Shown: piece after piece, positions 29,031 to 38,309 of the stretch
How the letters are laid out: each line of letters opens with the position of its first letter
Position numbering within the stretch: the first letter of the stretch is position 1
NCBI GenBank assembly: GCA_944350495.1
Contig: CALVOZ010000002.1
Location: forward strand, 147,479 to 211,478
Direction: 5' to 3'
DNA: 64,000 nucleotides
DNA from: an uncultured Bacilli bacterium
GTDB lineage: Bacteria > Bacillota_I > Bacilli_A > RF39 > UBA660
Translations under genes and position numbers: made by a program
The notes under the pieces: generated by a model
What the model was told of the DNA's origin: nothing
What the model saw: only the letters and a program-made list of their open reading frames with translations
The model's database searches: none

Positions 29031-30332
29031 TTAATTGTACTTAAGTATTATATCATACTTTTCATTTTTTTTCCTATCAAAATACGATTTTTTTAAGCCT
29101 GGAAGCCAAATAATTTTACCTGCACTATCAACTACTACTGGCCAAGCTTTTCTTTCCTCAGTATTAATTTTCTCATTTGTAAAAATATTATTAATCTTTT
29201 TAGTTCCTTGCATGTTTTTTATTGACATTCTATCATTAGGTAAGCAATTTCTAATGTATAGTGGTAATTCTAACTCGCTTAAATCAATTCTTGTCGTAAA
29301 ATTACTGTTATCTGAACTTTCCTCACAAATAGTGATTCTTTTTCCGTTTGGAAGTTCTACTTCATTCTTAAATTCATAACAATATTCTTCAACTTGTTTT
29401 ATTTTTTTTAAACAAAAGGTATCATATTCCTTAATTAATGAAAATCCATCAGGCATATCAATACTTGAATTAGTTAATCCGTCTTTGACGAAATTTAAAA
29501 TAATATTTAAGTGTTCATTTGTTATTTTTACAATATTTTTTTTATAAATATTAAATAAATATTTCATTAACAATTCTTTTCTTATAAAATCATCAAGGCT
29601 ATTAAACTTTAAGATATTAACACAATTATCAATAACTATTTCTTTATACTTTTTAGATACAATTGCATCCACATATTTATAATATGATGATAATTCGGCA
29701 CTAAAATCAAGAAACTTTAAATGAACATCTTTTCTTTCTTGCTTAAGGAAAGGCAAAATATATTTACGATATCTATTTCTTGTATATTCATCTAAACTAT
29801 TTGTATAATCTTCACGATATGGAATATTATATGTTTTAGCATATTCATAAATATCTTCTTTCGTTAAAAATAATAAAGGACGTAAAATACTATAACTACC
29901 TCTATTACTTATTTTTTCAATTCCACAGTACCCTTTAATAGTAGAGCCTCTAACTATTTTCATCATTATAGTTTCGATTAAATCGTCACCATGATGGGCA
30001 GTTAATAAAGTATGGGAACAATATTTATTTAAAACTCTCTCAAAAAAACTATAACGTTTAGTTCTAGCAATTTCTTCACTAAACTTTCCTTCATATTCTA
30101 ACTTTGTAAATTCAAAAGTTAGATTATTATTTTTACAATAATCTCTGACAAATTCTAATTCCTCATCGCTTTCTTTTCGTAAATTATGGTGAACATGCGC
30201 TACTACAATTTTATATGGAGTCTTTATCTTTAAAATAGAAAGTAAGACCATTGAGTCTACTCCCCCTGATACGCCTACAACAACGACATCATCATCTATG
30301 TTTTCCTTTAAAAATTTACATACTTTCTCCAT
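29031..30332 (-). CDS. tilS: tRNA(Ile)-lysidine synthetase
   Basis: VSGGVDSM, HVHHNLR, TAHHGDDLIET, RPLL, RNRYR. Confidence 0.95.
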   Translation of the reverse strand: MEKVCKFLKENIDDDVVVVGVSGGVDSMVLLSILKIKTPYKIVVAHVHHNLRKESDEELEFVRDYCKNNNLTFEFTKLEYEGKFSEEIARTKRYSFFERVLNKYCSHTLLTAHHGDDLIETIMMKIVRGSTIKGYCGIEKISNRGSYSILRPLLFLTKEDIYEYAKTYNIPYREDYTNSLDEYTRNRYRKYILPFLKQERKDVHLKFLDFSAELSSYYKYVDAIVSKKYKEIVIDNCVNILKFNSLDDFIRKELLMKYLFNIYKKNIVKITNEHLNIILNFVKDGLTNSSIDMPDGFSLIKEYDTFCLKKIKQVEEYCYEFKNEVELPNGKRITICEESSDNSNFTTRIDLSELELPLYIRNCLPNDRMSIKNMQGTKKINNIFTNEKINTEERKAWPVVVDSAGKIIWLPGLKKSYFDRKKNEKYDIILKYN

Positions 30333-30401
30333 ATAACCACCAATGTTATTGTAATATAATTTTATTTGTTTTACAAGAAAAAAGTAAGACTTATATCTTA
30401 C

Positions 30402-31754
30402 TTATCCTCTTTTTACTTCATGTTTATCAGAATTATACATGATTGTTAATGTGTCCTTTAAAGTATCGTGTTGTTTCAATGTAATTTCAAAACGCCCTCT
30501 TCGATCTTTAGAAACTTGAATTGGATCACTTATCAACGTTACTTGTTCAGTTATATCTCTACCATTTTTATAAATAGTAATAAAGTATGATTCTATTTCT
30601 CCACGTCTTATATTTTCCCTTTCTTGGAAAATATAAGTATCTTTTACAATCAAATGGTATGTTGCTAATTTACCATTTGAAGTAGCTGCAGTAATAGTTG
30701 TTTCACCCTCATTATGAATTGTTACTTCTCCGCCAGCAATTGACGCAACACTTAAATTACTACTATTCCATTTAATCTCTTGATTAGTAGCTGTTTCTGG
30801 CTTAATTGTAGCCACTAACGTAAATTTACCATGGTCTGTAGTTAAAGTATCATTTTTTCGATCTAAAGTAATTGATTGAACTTCAATTGCTACATTAGAT
30901 ACAACAACATTTATTTCAGATTTTTTTTCACCATCTAATGTTGTAGCTGTTATTGTTGTTGAACCAGAACCAACAGCTGTAATAACACCATCACTACTTA
31001 CTTTAGCAACATTTTGATTGACAGATTCCCATTTAATTTTTTTATTTGTAGCATTACTTGGTTTAATCGTTGGGACTATTTTAATTTTTGTGCCTTTTAC
31101 TAAACTAACATTTGTTTTATCTACAGTAATACCTGTAACTGGTACTTCTTTCTTTTGATTTAATAATAAATTTGGATCATTTTTTTCAACCACTGAAACT
31201 ATTACTGAGGTTGCGTTATAATTTCCTGCATAATCGGTTACTTCAATTGTTACTTCGTAAGAACCAAGGGTTGATACATCAATATCTTCTTTTCCGGTAA
31301 CAATTACATCTTTTATGCCAGATTCTTTATCATTTACAAGATAATATTCATCAAAATTAAATTCCGCATTTATAGCTGTATAAATAGTTGCATCTACCTC
31401 AATTGTAGGTAACTCTTTATCAATATTGTTGATGCGATATTCAATCGGTTCCGATTGTTTACCATATGAATCTTTTAAAATAATAACTAATTTTTCATTC
31501 TTTTTAGCTACGTATTTATTCTCATTTTGCCATGTTTTTCCGCCATCAAAAGAATACTTTTTAGGTTTTATATCACCATCATATTCAACAGTAACATTTA
31601 CTGAATCGTTAGACCAATTCTCATTATCTAATACCACTTTGATTTTCTCTTCCTCAAATTTTACAAATGTAGATTGATAGAAGAAGAAAAAGATTGTTAA
31701 ACCAACAATTGTTACAAACAAAAATATACTTCCATACATAATATTTTTCTTCAT
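30402..31754 (-). CDS. Membrane-anchored surface protein with Ig-like (Big_2) domains
   Basis: N-terminal TM helix; two P-NATN-W-S-N-VA-V Big_2 repeats; YSFDGGKTW and NIDKELPTI. Confidence 0.8.
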   Translation of the reverse strand: MKKNIMYGSIFLFVTIVGLTIFFFFYQSTFVKFEEEKIKVVLDNENWSNDSVNVTVEYDGDIKPKKYSFDGGKTWQNENKYVAKKNEKLVIILKDSYGKQSEPIEYRINNIDKELPTIEVDATIYTAINAEFNFDEYYLVNDKESGIKDVIVTGKEDIDVSTLGSYEVTIEVTDYAGNYNATSVIVSVVEKNDPNLLLNQKKEVPVTGITVDKTNVSLVKGTKIKIVPTIKPSNATNKKIKWESVNQNVAKVSSDGVITAVGSGSTTITATTLDGEKKSEINVVVSNVAIEVQSITLDRKNDTLTTDHGKFTLVATIKPETATNQEIKWNSSNLSVASIAGGEVTIHNEGETTITAATSNGKLATYHLIVKDTYIFQERENIRRGEIESYFITIYKNGRDITEQVTLISDPIQVSKDRRGRFEITLKQHDTLKDTLTIMYNSDKHEVKRG

Positions 31755-31845
31755 ATCATCACCCTATTTTACTATGAACATAATAACATAGAACAGTATT
31801 AAAGTCAACGAAACAAAAGGTTTCTAGACACAATAAAAATCGAGT

Positions 31846-32496
31846 TTACCACTCGATTCCTTTTTGATTATTATCTTTTAAAATTTTGTTTATTTTACTA
31901 AATGGTTTACTACCAAAGAATCCTCTGCTGGCTGATAATGGAGAAGGATGAACAGACTCTATAATATAATGTCTTTTATTGGTAATTAACTCTTTCTTGC
32001 TTCTTGCATAGCTTCCCCATAATAAAAATATTACCGGTTTTTCTCTTTCATTTAATAACTTAATTACTGAATCAGTAAATGTCTCCCATCCCTTATCTTT
32101 ATGTGATAAAGGTCGATCTTGTTCAACAGTCATAATAGAATTCAAAAGTAAAACTCCTTGCTTAGCCCAATCAGTTAAATCGCTAGATTCTCTTTTTATA
32201 CCTAAATCATCATTTAACTCTTTAAGAATATTTCTTAAAGATGGGGGCTTTGGTACTCCTTCTTTAACTGAAAACGATAATCCATGCGCTTCTCCCAAAC
32301 CATGATATGGATCTTGTCCTAATATTACAACTTTAACATCATCATAATCAGTAAATCGTAGAGCGTCAAAAATATTTTCATAAGGAGGAAAAACTCTTTT
32401 TTCACAATACTCTTTTTTTACAAAAAGTCCTAATTTTTTAAAATAGTCCTTTTTTATTTCATCTTTTAAAACTATATCCCATCTTTTATTTATCAT
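31846..32496 (-). CDS. ung: Uracil-DNA glycosylase family 1
   Basis: GQDPYH, HGLSFS, WAKQGVLLLN, HPSPLS. Confidence 0.97.
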   Translation of the reverse strand: MINKRWDIVLKDEIKKDYFKKLGLFVKKEYCEKRVFPPYENIFDALRFTDYDDVKVVILGQDPYHGLGEAHGLSFSVKEGVPKPPSLRNILKELNDDLGIKRESSDLTDWAKQGVLLLNSIMTVEQDRPLSHKDKGWETFTDSVIKLLNEREKPVIFLLWGSYARSKKELITNKRHYIIESVHPSPLSASRGFFGSKPFSKINKILKDNNQKGIEW

Positions 32497-32836
32497 TTAA
32501 CGCCTCACACTTTACTTCATTTTTTTTCCCATTACAAACAAATTCATCAAAAGTAATATTTTGGGCAACAAAAGCACCTGATTTATAACATACTTTGCCA
32601 TCTTTAGCACTTGTCTTAACATTTAACTCTTGTACTGAATAGCAATCTTTTTCTTGTGAATACATCATGTCAGATGTATATTGGACTTCAGCTTGTGTTA
32701 AATATTCCCCTGTACTAACAATTGCAACTTTATGTTTAGATGTATCGATTGTTTCAACTGTATTTTTTGGTACATTCATAGAATCTTTACATCCGCAAAG
32801 AATAAATATCATTAAAATTACTATTATTTTTTTCAT
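32486..32836 (-). CDS. Small lipoprotein
   Basis: MKKIIVILMIFILCGC lipobox; four further Cys residues. Confidence 0.7.
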   Translation of the reverse strand: MKKIIVILMIFILCGCKDSMNVPKNTVETIDTSKHKVAIVSTGEYLTQAEVQYTSDMMYSQEKDCYSVQELNVKTSAKDGKVCYKSGAFVAQNITFDEFVCNGKKNEVKCEALNDK

Positions 32837-33669
32837 TTTATCACCAGATTATTAGCAATATGTGCAAAAGTTTCAATGCTTAAAGCCTCTGCTCTAACGT
32901 TTAAATTTAAACCTAGCTCATTTAAAATTTTCTCAATTTTATCTAAGTCATATTCTTTTAAATTATTGCGTAAGTTTTTCCTTTTTTGCTTAAAAGCATC
33001 TCTTACAAGTTTAAAAAATAATTTTTCATCAACCACTTTAACTTTATCACTACGTTTTTCAAAGCAAACGATAATGCTGTCAACATTAGGTTTTGGAATA
33101 AATATATTTCTACTAATATCCATTAATTTACTAATCTCATAATAATAATTTAAATAAATTGACAAAGAATTATAATCTTTTGAATTAGGTTGAGCTTTAA
33201 ATCTATCTCCTACTTCTTTTTGAACCATTACAACTATTTTATCAACTGGTATTTCATCTTCGATAATCTTAGTAATTATCGGAGTCGTAATATAATATGG
33301 TAAATTAGCTACAACATATAATTTATTAAATTTATATTTTTTTAGATCTCTTTTTACATCGGCCTTTAAAAAATCATTAAAGATAACATCTACATTATCT
33401 AAGTCTTTCAAATTTTCTTTTAAGATAGGTTCTAAAGATGTATCTATTTCATAACATAAAACATTCTTAGAATTAATGGCAAGTTTATAAGTTAAAGAGC
33501 CTGCTCCAGGGCCTATTTCTATTACCATAATATCTTTGTTTAACTCTGCTTTACTAATAATATTATTAATAATATTTTCATCAACTATAAAGTTTTGACC
33601 AAATTGTTTTTTTAATCTAAATTCATTTTTATCTAATAAATCTTGCATTTTTTTTGGAGAATATTCCAC
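32833..33669 (-). CDS. rsmA: 16S rRNA dimethyladenosine transferase KsgA/RsmA
   Basis: KKQFGQNF, IEIGPGAGSLT, ANLPYYITTP, MVQKEV; GTG start. Confidence 0.96.
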   Translation of the reverse strand: MEYSPKKMQDLLDKNEFRLKKQFGQNFIVDENIINNIISKAELNKDIMVIEIGPGAGSLTYKLAINSKNVLCYEIDTSLEPILKENLKDLDNVDVIFNDFLKADVKRDLKKYKFNKLYVVANLPYYITTPIITKIIEDEIPVDKIVVMVQKEVGDRFKAQPNSKDYNSLSIYLNYYYEISKLMDISRNIFIPKPNVDSIIVCFEKRSDKVKVVDEKLFFKLVRDAFKQKRKNLRNNLKEYDLDKIEKILNELGLNLNVRAEALSIETFAHIANNLVIK

Positions 33670-33708
33670 AAAAATCACCTACTTAATTATATCAAAAAAA
33701 GATGGTGT

Positions 33709-34413
33709 TTACCAACCCCATCTTTGTACTTTAAATTTTGTATTTTTACTACCTGTTTTCTGACCTTTTATATCAGCTTGATACTGGTATGCTAAATCCA
33801 TCCAAATATAACCATTTTTATAACTTTTACGCATTGTTCCGCCAGTATCAAGTACAACTCCTAAAAATGGGGCATTTCTTCCGTCATCAATACGAATAAT
33901 AGTTCCACATGGAAATCCACCTAAATCAGCAGCTATTATTCTTACCTTACCATATTCATCATCAGGATAATAAATACCATTTTTAAATAGACTCCAACTT
34001 TTGCCATTTTTTGTTCGACAAGCAACAACTGCTGTTTTCGAACATCCTAGGCAATCACCACCATAATTAGTTAAACGTCCAACATATTCTCCTGCACGTC
34101 CAGTACCAATTTCTATAACTTTATTAACAGGTTCTTTTAATACTTTAGTAATTCCATTTTCATATGTATAATTAATTCCATCCTCACCCTCTACTAATAC
34201 TTCATAATCAGCAGTACTTGCTTTATCTGGATTATATACATATTTAATTTGATAAGGAATTATTTTATTTTCTACCGATACAGTTTTGGTATAACTAGTG
34301 TTTTCTAGATTAGAAGCCTTTTCTTTATAATCATCTATACCTAGAAATGATGTTAAAGAAACTACTAAAACAGATAGCCAACTACCAATTAACTTGAGTA
34401 GATATATATCCAT
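33709..34413 (-). CDS. YabE-like G5/3D-domain cell-wall protein
   Basis: G5-like EGEDG...KEPVNKVIEIGT; 3D-type motifs IIAAD, LDTGG, WMDL; between tatD and rsmA as in Bacillus. Confidence 0.78.
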   Translation of the reverse strand: MDIYLLKLIGSWLSVLVVSLTSFLGIDDYKEKASNLENTSYTKTVSVENKIIPYQIKYVYNPDKASTADYEVLVEGEDGINYTYENGITKVLKEPVNKVIEIGTGRAGEYVGRLTNYGGDCLGCSKTAVVACRTKNGKSWSLFKNGIYYPDDEYGKVRIIAADLGGFPCGTIIRIDDGRNAPFLGVVLDTGGTMRKSYKNGYIWMDLAYQYQADIKGQKTGSKNTKFKVQRWGW

Positions 34414-34452
34414 ATAATCACCTCATAGGCCACTTACATCACATAAATTTTA

Positions 34453-35208
34453 TCATAAAGGTATATTCAAGTCAAACTGAGCAATTGCATTCTTGCCTGT
34501 GACTTCAATAACTTTATCAACGGGAATATCTTTTAATTCTGCAATTTTTTGGGCAACTAATAAAATATTAGCTGGTTTGTTTTTCTTTCCTCTATAAGGT
34601 TCTGGTGTAAGATACGGACTATCAGTTTCTAATAATAAATCTTCTAAGTTAATACCCTTAACCACTTCTTTTAACTTAATACTATTTTTAAAAGTTACTA
34701 CACCGCCTATACCTAGTTTTACTCCTCTTTTAACTAATTCTTTAGCAATTTCTAAACTAGCACTATAACAGTGAAATATAAACTTTGTATTAGGATATTT
34801 ATTTATAATTTCTATAGTATCTAAAGTTGCATCTCTACTATGAATTACTACAGGTAAATTTCTTTTATTAGCAATTTCTATTTGTTTTATAAATAATTCT
34901 TTTTGCTCTGCAATATGAGTTTTATCCCAGTAATAATCTAATCCAACTTCGCCAATACCGACAATTTTTGGATTATCTAAATTTCTTTCAATAAATTGGA
35001 TAGATTCTTCACTATATTCAGTTACCGACTCAGGATGAATACCTAAAACGCCAAATACATTATCATATTTATTAACTAATTCTATAACCTCTAAATTACT
35101 TTTATCATCACTACCTGCAGTAATCATATAACCATCCATATTTTTTATAATTTCATCAACATTTTCATAATCATCTTTACTTAAATGACAATGTGTATCA
35201 ATTAACAT
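34453..35208 (-). CDS. tatD: TatD-family DNase
   Basis: IDTHCH, GIHP, GEVGLDY, IHSR, LETDSPY. Confidence 0.95.
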   Translation of the reverse strand: MLIDTHCHLSKDDYENVDEIIKNMDGYMITAGSDDKSNLEVIELVNKYDNVFGVLGIHPESVTEYSEESIQFIERNLDNPKIVGIGEVGLDYYWDKTHIAEQKELFIKQIEIANKRNLPVVIHSRDATLDTIEIINKYPNTKFIFHCYSASLEIAKELVKRGVKLGIGGVVTFKNSIKLKEVVKGINLEDLLLETDSPYLTPEPYRGKKNKPANILLVAQKIAELKDIPVDKVIEVTGKNAIAQFDLNIPL

Positions 35209-35249
35209 ATAATCACCCACAAAAAAATTATACCATAAAGTATAATTTT

Positions 35250-35411
35250 TTAGTTCTTTTTAATATAAATATAATTTATCATATAGTATAAAACGCATAT
35301 AAAATATACCAAATCTATAAATTTATAACTAACAACATAACTACAAAACACTAGTCCTAAAATAATACAAAAAATATTTATTATTCTAGGATATAATTTA
35401 TCTGTCGTCAT
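35250..35411 (-). CDS. Small 53-aa two-TM membrane protein (not in the ORF track)
   Basis: RBS GAGGAG; MTTDKLYPRIINIFCIILGLVFCSYVVSYKFIDLVYFICVLYYMINYIYIKKN. Confidence 0.6.
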   Translation of the reverse strand: MTTDKLYPRIINIFCIILGLVFCSYVVSYKFIDLVYFICVLYYMINYIYIKKN

Positions 35412-35500
35412 ATTATTTCTCCTCACAAGATTAAGTATATCATAATGATTTAATAAATCAATTATAAATAATACGACAAAATAATATTTTTTACGCTATT

Positions 35501-37060
35501 TTACATTTCAGCTAACTCGACTAATTTTTTTTCTTTATCAATTCTTACAAATAAAGGTTCTGGAGCATTTAAACGAATACCAGAATCAAAACCATTGAAT
35601 CCTTTAATAGAATCAATAGAACGATTTTCAGTATTTAATTGTTTGAATATTTTATCAGCAGTTTCTGGTAAAAAGGCAGATAGTAATACAGTACCAATTC
35701 TAATAGATTCTAACAAGTTATATAATACTGTTTGCAATCTTTTGATATTTCCTTCTTTTGCTAAAATCCATGGGGTTGTTTCATCAATATATTTGTTACT
35801 ACGACGATATATTTCAAAGATATGATCAATTGCCTCTGCTACTTTTAACTCATTCATACTTGCTTCAACTTTAGCTGGAATTCCTAATACCGTATTCATT
35901 AAATCAGCATCAATTTCTTCTTTAATTCCTATTTCCGGTACCACGCCGTCAAAATATTTGTGAACCATTGAAATAGTACGATTTACTAAATTACCTAGGA
36001 TATTTGCTAAATCAGAATTATACCTTTCTATTAGTAGTTCATGAGTAAATGATCCGTCATTCGCATATGGCATTTCGTGCAATAAATAATATCTTACAGC
36101 ATCTACACCATATATCTTGGCTAAATCATCTGCATAAACAATATTTCCTTTAGATTTACTCATTTTATCATTACCAAATAATAACCAAGGATGTCCAAAA
36201 ATTTTTTTAGGTAATGGTAAATCAAGTGCCATTAACATAATTGGCCAATAAATAGTGTGAAATCTTAGTATGTCTTTTCCAATGATATGAACATCTGCTG
36301 GCCAATATTTTAAGAATTTATCATCATGGTAACCATCTACATCATAACCTAAGAAAGTGATATAATTGCTTAGAGCATCAATCCATACATAAACTACATG
36401 TTTATCATCAAATGAAACAGGGACTCCCCATTTAAAAGATGTTCTAGAAACACATAAATCTTGTAATCCTGGCTTTATAAAATTATTAAGCATTTCGTTT
36501 TTACGACTTGCTGGTTCAATAAATTCTGGATGTTCTTCAATATGTTTAACTAATCTATCAGCATATTTATCTAATTTAAAGAAATATGCTTCTTCTGAAG
36601 CTTTACTTACTTCTCTACCACAATCAGGACATTTACCATCAACTAATTGTGATTCAGTAAAAAAAGATTCACAAGGTGTGCAGTATAGTCCCTCATATTT
36701 TCCTTTATAAATGTCGCCTTGATCATATAATTTTTTAAATATTTTAGCAACTTTTTCCTTATGTATAGGATTACTTGTTCTTACAAATTTATCATAACTT
36801 GTATTTAAAGAATCCCAAACTCTTTGTACTTCTAGTGCTATTTCATCAACAAATACTTGTGGTTCCTTTCCTGTTGCAGTTGCTTTTTCTTCTATTTTTT
36901 GACCATGTTCATCTGTTCCTGTTTGAAAATAAACATCATAACCTGTTAATCTTTTATATCTTGCAATCGCATCAGTCAATACAACCTCATAAGTATTACC
37001 AATATGTGGTTTACCTGATGTGTAAGCAATTGCTGTACTTATATAAAATTTTTCTTTCAT
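35501..37060 (-). CDS. metG: Methionyl-tRNA synthetase (short form, no C-terminal tRNA-binding domain)
   Basis: PHIGN, GTDEHG, CxxC knuckle, YVWIDAL, KMSKS. Confidence 0.97.
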   Translation of the reverse strand: MKEKFYISTAIAYTSGKPHIGNTYEVVLTDAIARYKRLTGYDVYFQTGTDEHGQKIEEKATATGKEPQVFVDEIALEVQRVWDSLNTSYDKFVRTSNPIHKEKVAKIFKKLYDQGDIYKGKYEGLYCTPCESFFTESQLVDGKCPDCGREVSKASEEAYFFKLDKYADRLVKHIEEHPEFIEPASRKNEMLNNFIKPGLQDLCVSRTSFKWGVPVSFDDKHVVYVWIDALSNYITFLGYDVDGYHDDKFLKYWPADVHIIGKDILRFHTIYWPIMLMALDLPLPKKIFGHPWLLFGNDKMSKSKGNIVYADDLAKIYGVDAVRYYLLHEMPYANDGSFTHELLIERYNSDLANILGNLVNRTISMVHKYFDGVVPEIGIKEEIDADLMNTVLGIPAKVEASMNELKVAEAIDHIFEIYRRSNKYIDETTPWILAKEGNIKRLQTVLYNLLESIRIGTVLLSAFLPETADKIFKQLNTENRSIDSIKGFNGFDSGIRLNAPEPLFVRIDKEKKLVELAEM

Positions 37061-37548
37061 TTGTCTTTTCCTCCTTTATTAGTACTACCAAATCCTCCAG
37101 TACGTTCATTTATTATCTCTGCCTCATCATCGACAGTTAGAAATTTTACAAAAATGCCTTGCCCTATGCGGTCACCTACATTTACTGCAAAATCTTGATC
37201 ACCATGATTTTGCAAGCTTATAAATGCATGACCTTCATTCGTTATATTGTTGTAGTAATCACTTTCAAATATACCGATTTGATTAGTCATTCGAACATTA
37301 TATTTAAATCCCATGCTGCCTCTTACAACCAACATCAGCATCTCATCTTCATTCATTATCATTTTTATTCCAGTAGGAACCTTTTTTACTTCTCCAGGAT
37401 GTAAAACAAAGTCAATTGGGCTTCTAAAATCATAACCTGCACTATACTTTGTCTCACGTTTAGGTAATTCATGATTACAGTATAATTCATAATCATCATT
37501 GATATCCTTTTTCCATTGCTCAAAAGATATCTTTTCAAACTTACGCAC
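37057..37548 (-). CDS. dut: Trimeric dUTPase
   Basis: SAGYDF, VRGSMG, GIFESDYY, GDRIGQG, RTGGFGST; GTG start; 4-bp overlap with metG. Confidence 0.92.
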   Translation of the reverse strand: MRKFEKISFEQWKKDINDDYELYCNHELPKRETKYSAGYDFRSPIDFVLHPGEVKKVPTGIKMIMNEDEMLMLVVRGSMGFKYNVRMTNQIGIFESDYYNNITNEGHAFISLQNHGDQDFAVNVGDRIGQGIFVKFLTVDDEAEIINERTGGFGSTNKGGKDK

Positions 37549-37567
37549 AATATCCCTTCTTTCTAAT

Positions 37568-37773
37568 AAAAAAATCACATCCATATAAGGACGTGATTAA
37601 CGTGGTACCACCTTAATTTATACATAAAAATGTATCTTAAAACTATAACGCGTTACCGTTTTATCATTTCCTATAAAAAGCTCCAGACCCATTCGAAATA
37701 ATCGCAATTTACTTGCTTTCACCTAACCAAGCTCTCTAAAAAATCACTTTTATTTTTCTTTCCTTCATCGCCA
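37568..37773 (-). promoter_or_regulatory. T-box riboswitch, probable Met (AUG) specifier
   Basis: Minus strand: GCGATGAAGG, AGAGAGC, GGTGAAAG, GA-ATG-G specifier, T-box AATTAAGGTGGTACCACG, antiterminator partner CGTCCTT, terminator AATCACGTCC/GGATGTGATT plus T-run. Confidence 0.9.
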
Positions 37774-37796
37774 TAAGTGCCTACATTATAACATAC

Positions 37797-38201
37797 TTAT
37801 TCTTGTTCTTCAAGACATTTTTTAAAAATTAAAACAATAAAATTAATTATATTGGCATATTTATCTTGATAATTATAAACAATAAAATTTCCTATTAATT
37901 TATTATTAAAAATTATAGGAAATTTTTCACCATTATTATTTTTTTTATTAGTAGTTACCAAAATTGTATTATCACTTTCTAATGCGCAATCTAATTTGTA
38001 TATTTCAAATAAATCTTTTATAATTATTTCAGCTAACCATATAATACTTTGTAAATTAGTTAATTTTTTTATTATTAGACTATCATTATAAATTTCAAAT
38101 GATAAAGAATCTCCAGCATTGATATTTAATTTTTTACGAACATCAATAGGTAGAACAACTCTACCTAAATCATCTATTTTTCTTATCAATGTATTATTCA
38201 T
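37797..38201 (-). CDS. spoVT: SpoVT-like AbrB-domain regulator with shortened GAF domain
   Basis: RKIDDLGRVVLPIDVRKKL AbrB domain; FPIIFNNKLIGNFIVY resembles the SpoVT GAF strand; sigma-G-like promoter upstream. Confidence 0.65.
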   Translation of the reverse strand: MNNTLIRKIDDLGRVVLPIDVRKKLNINAGDSLSFEIYNDSLIIKKLTNLQSIIWLAEIIIKDLFEIYKLDCALESDNTILVTTNKKNNNGEKFPIIFNNKLIGNFIVYNYQDKYANIINFIVLIFKKCLEEQE

Positions 38202-38218
38202 ATAATACCTCCTGAATT

Positions 38219-38247
38219 TATTTTGCTTTAGATTTAAAAATTTATAC
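38219..38247 (-). promoter_or_regulatory. Sigma-G-type promoter
   Basis: GTATA-17 bp-CAAAATA matches the sigma-G consensus; spoVT is sigma-G controlled in Bacillus. Confidence 0.6.
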
Positions 38248-38309
38248 TTGGTATTTATTTTGATTTTGTGATATAATCTTATAACATTTGTTTAAAGGGA
38301 AGTGATTTA

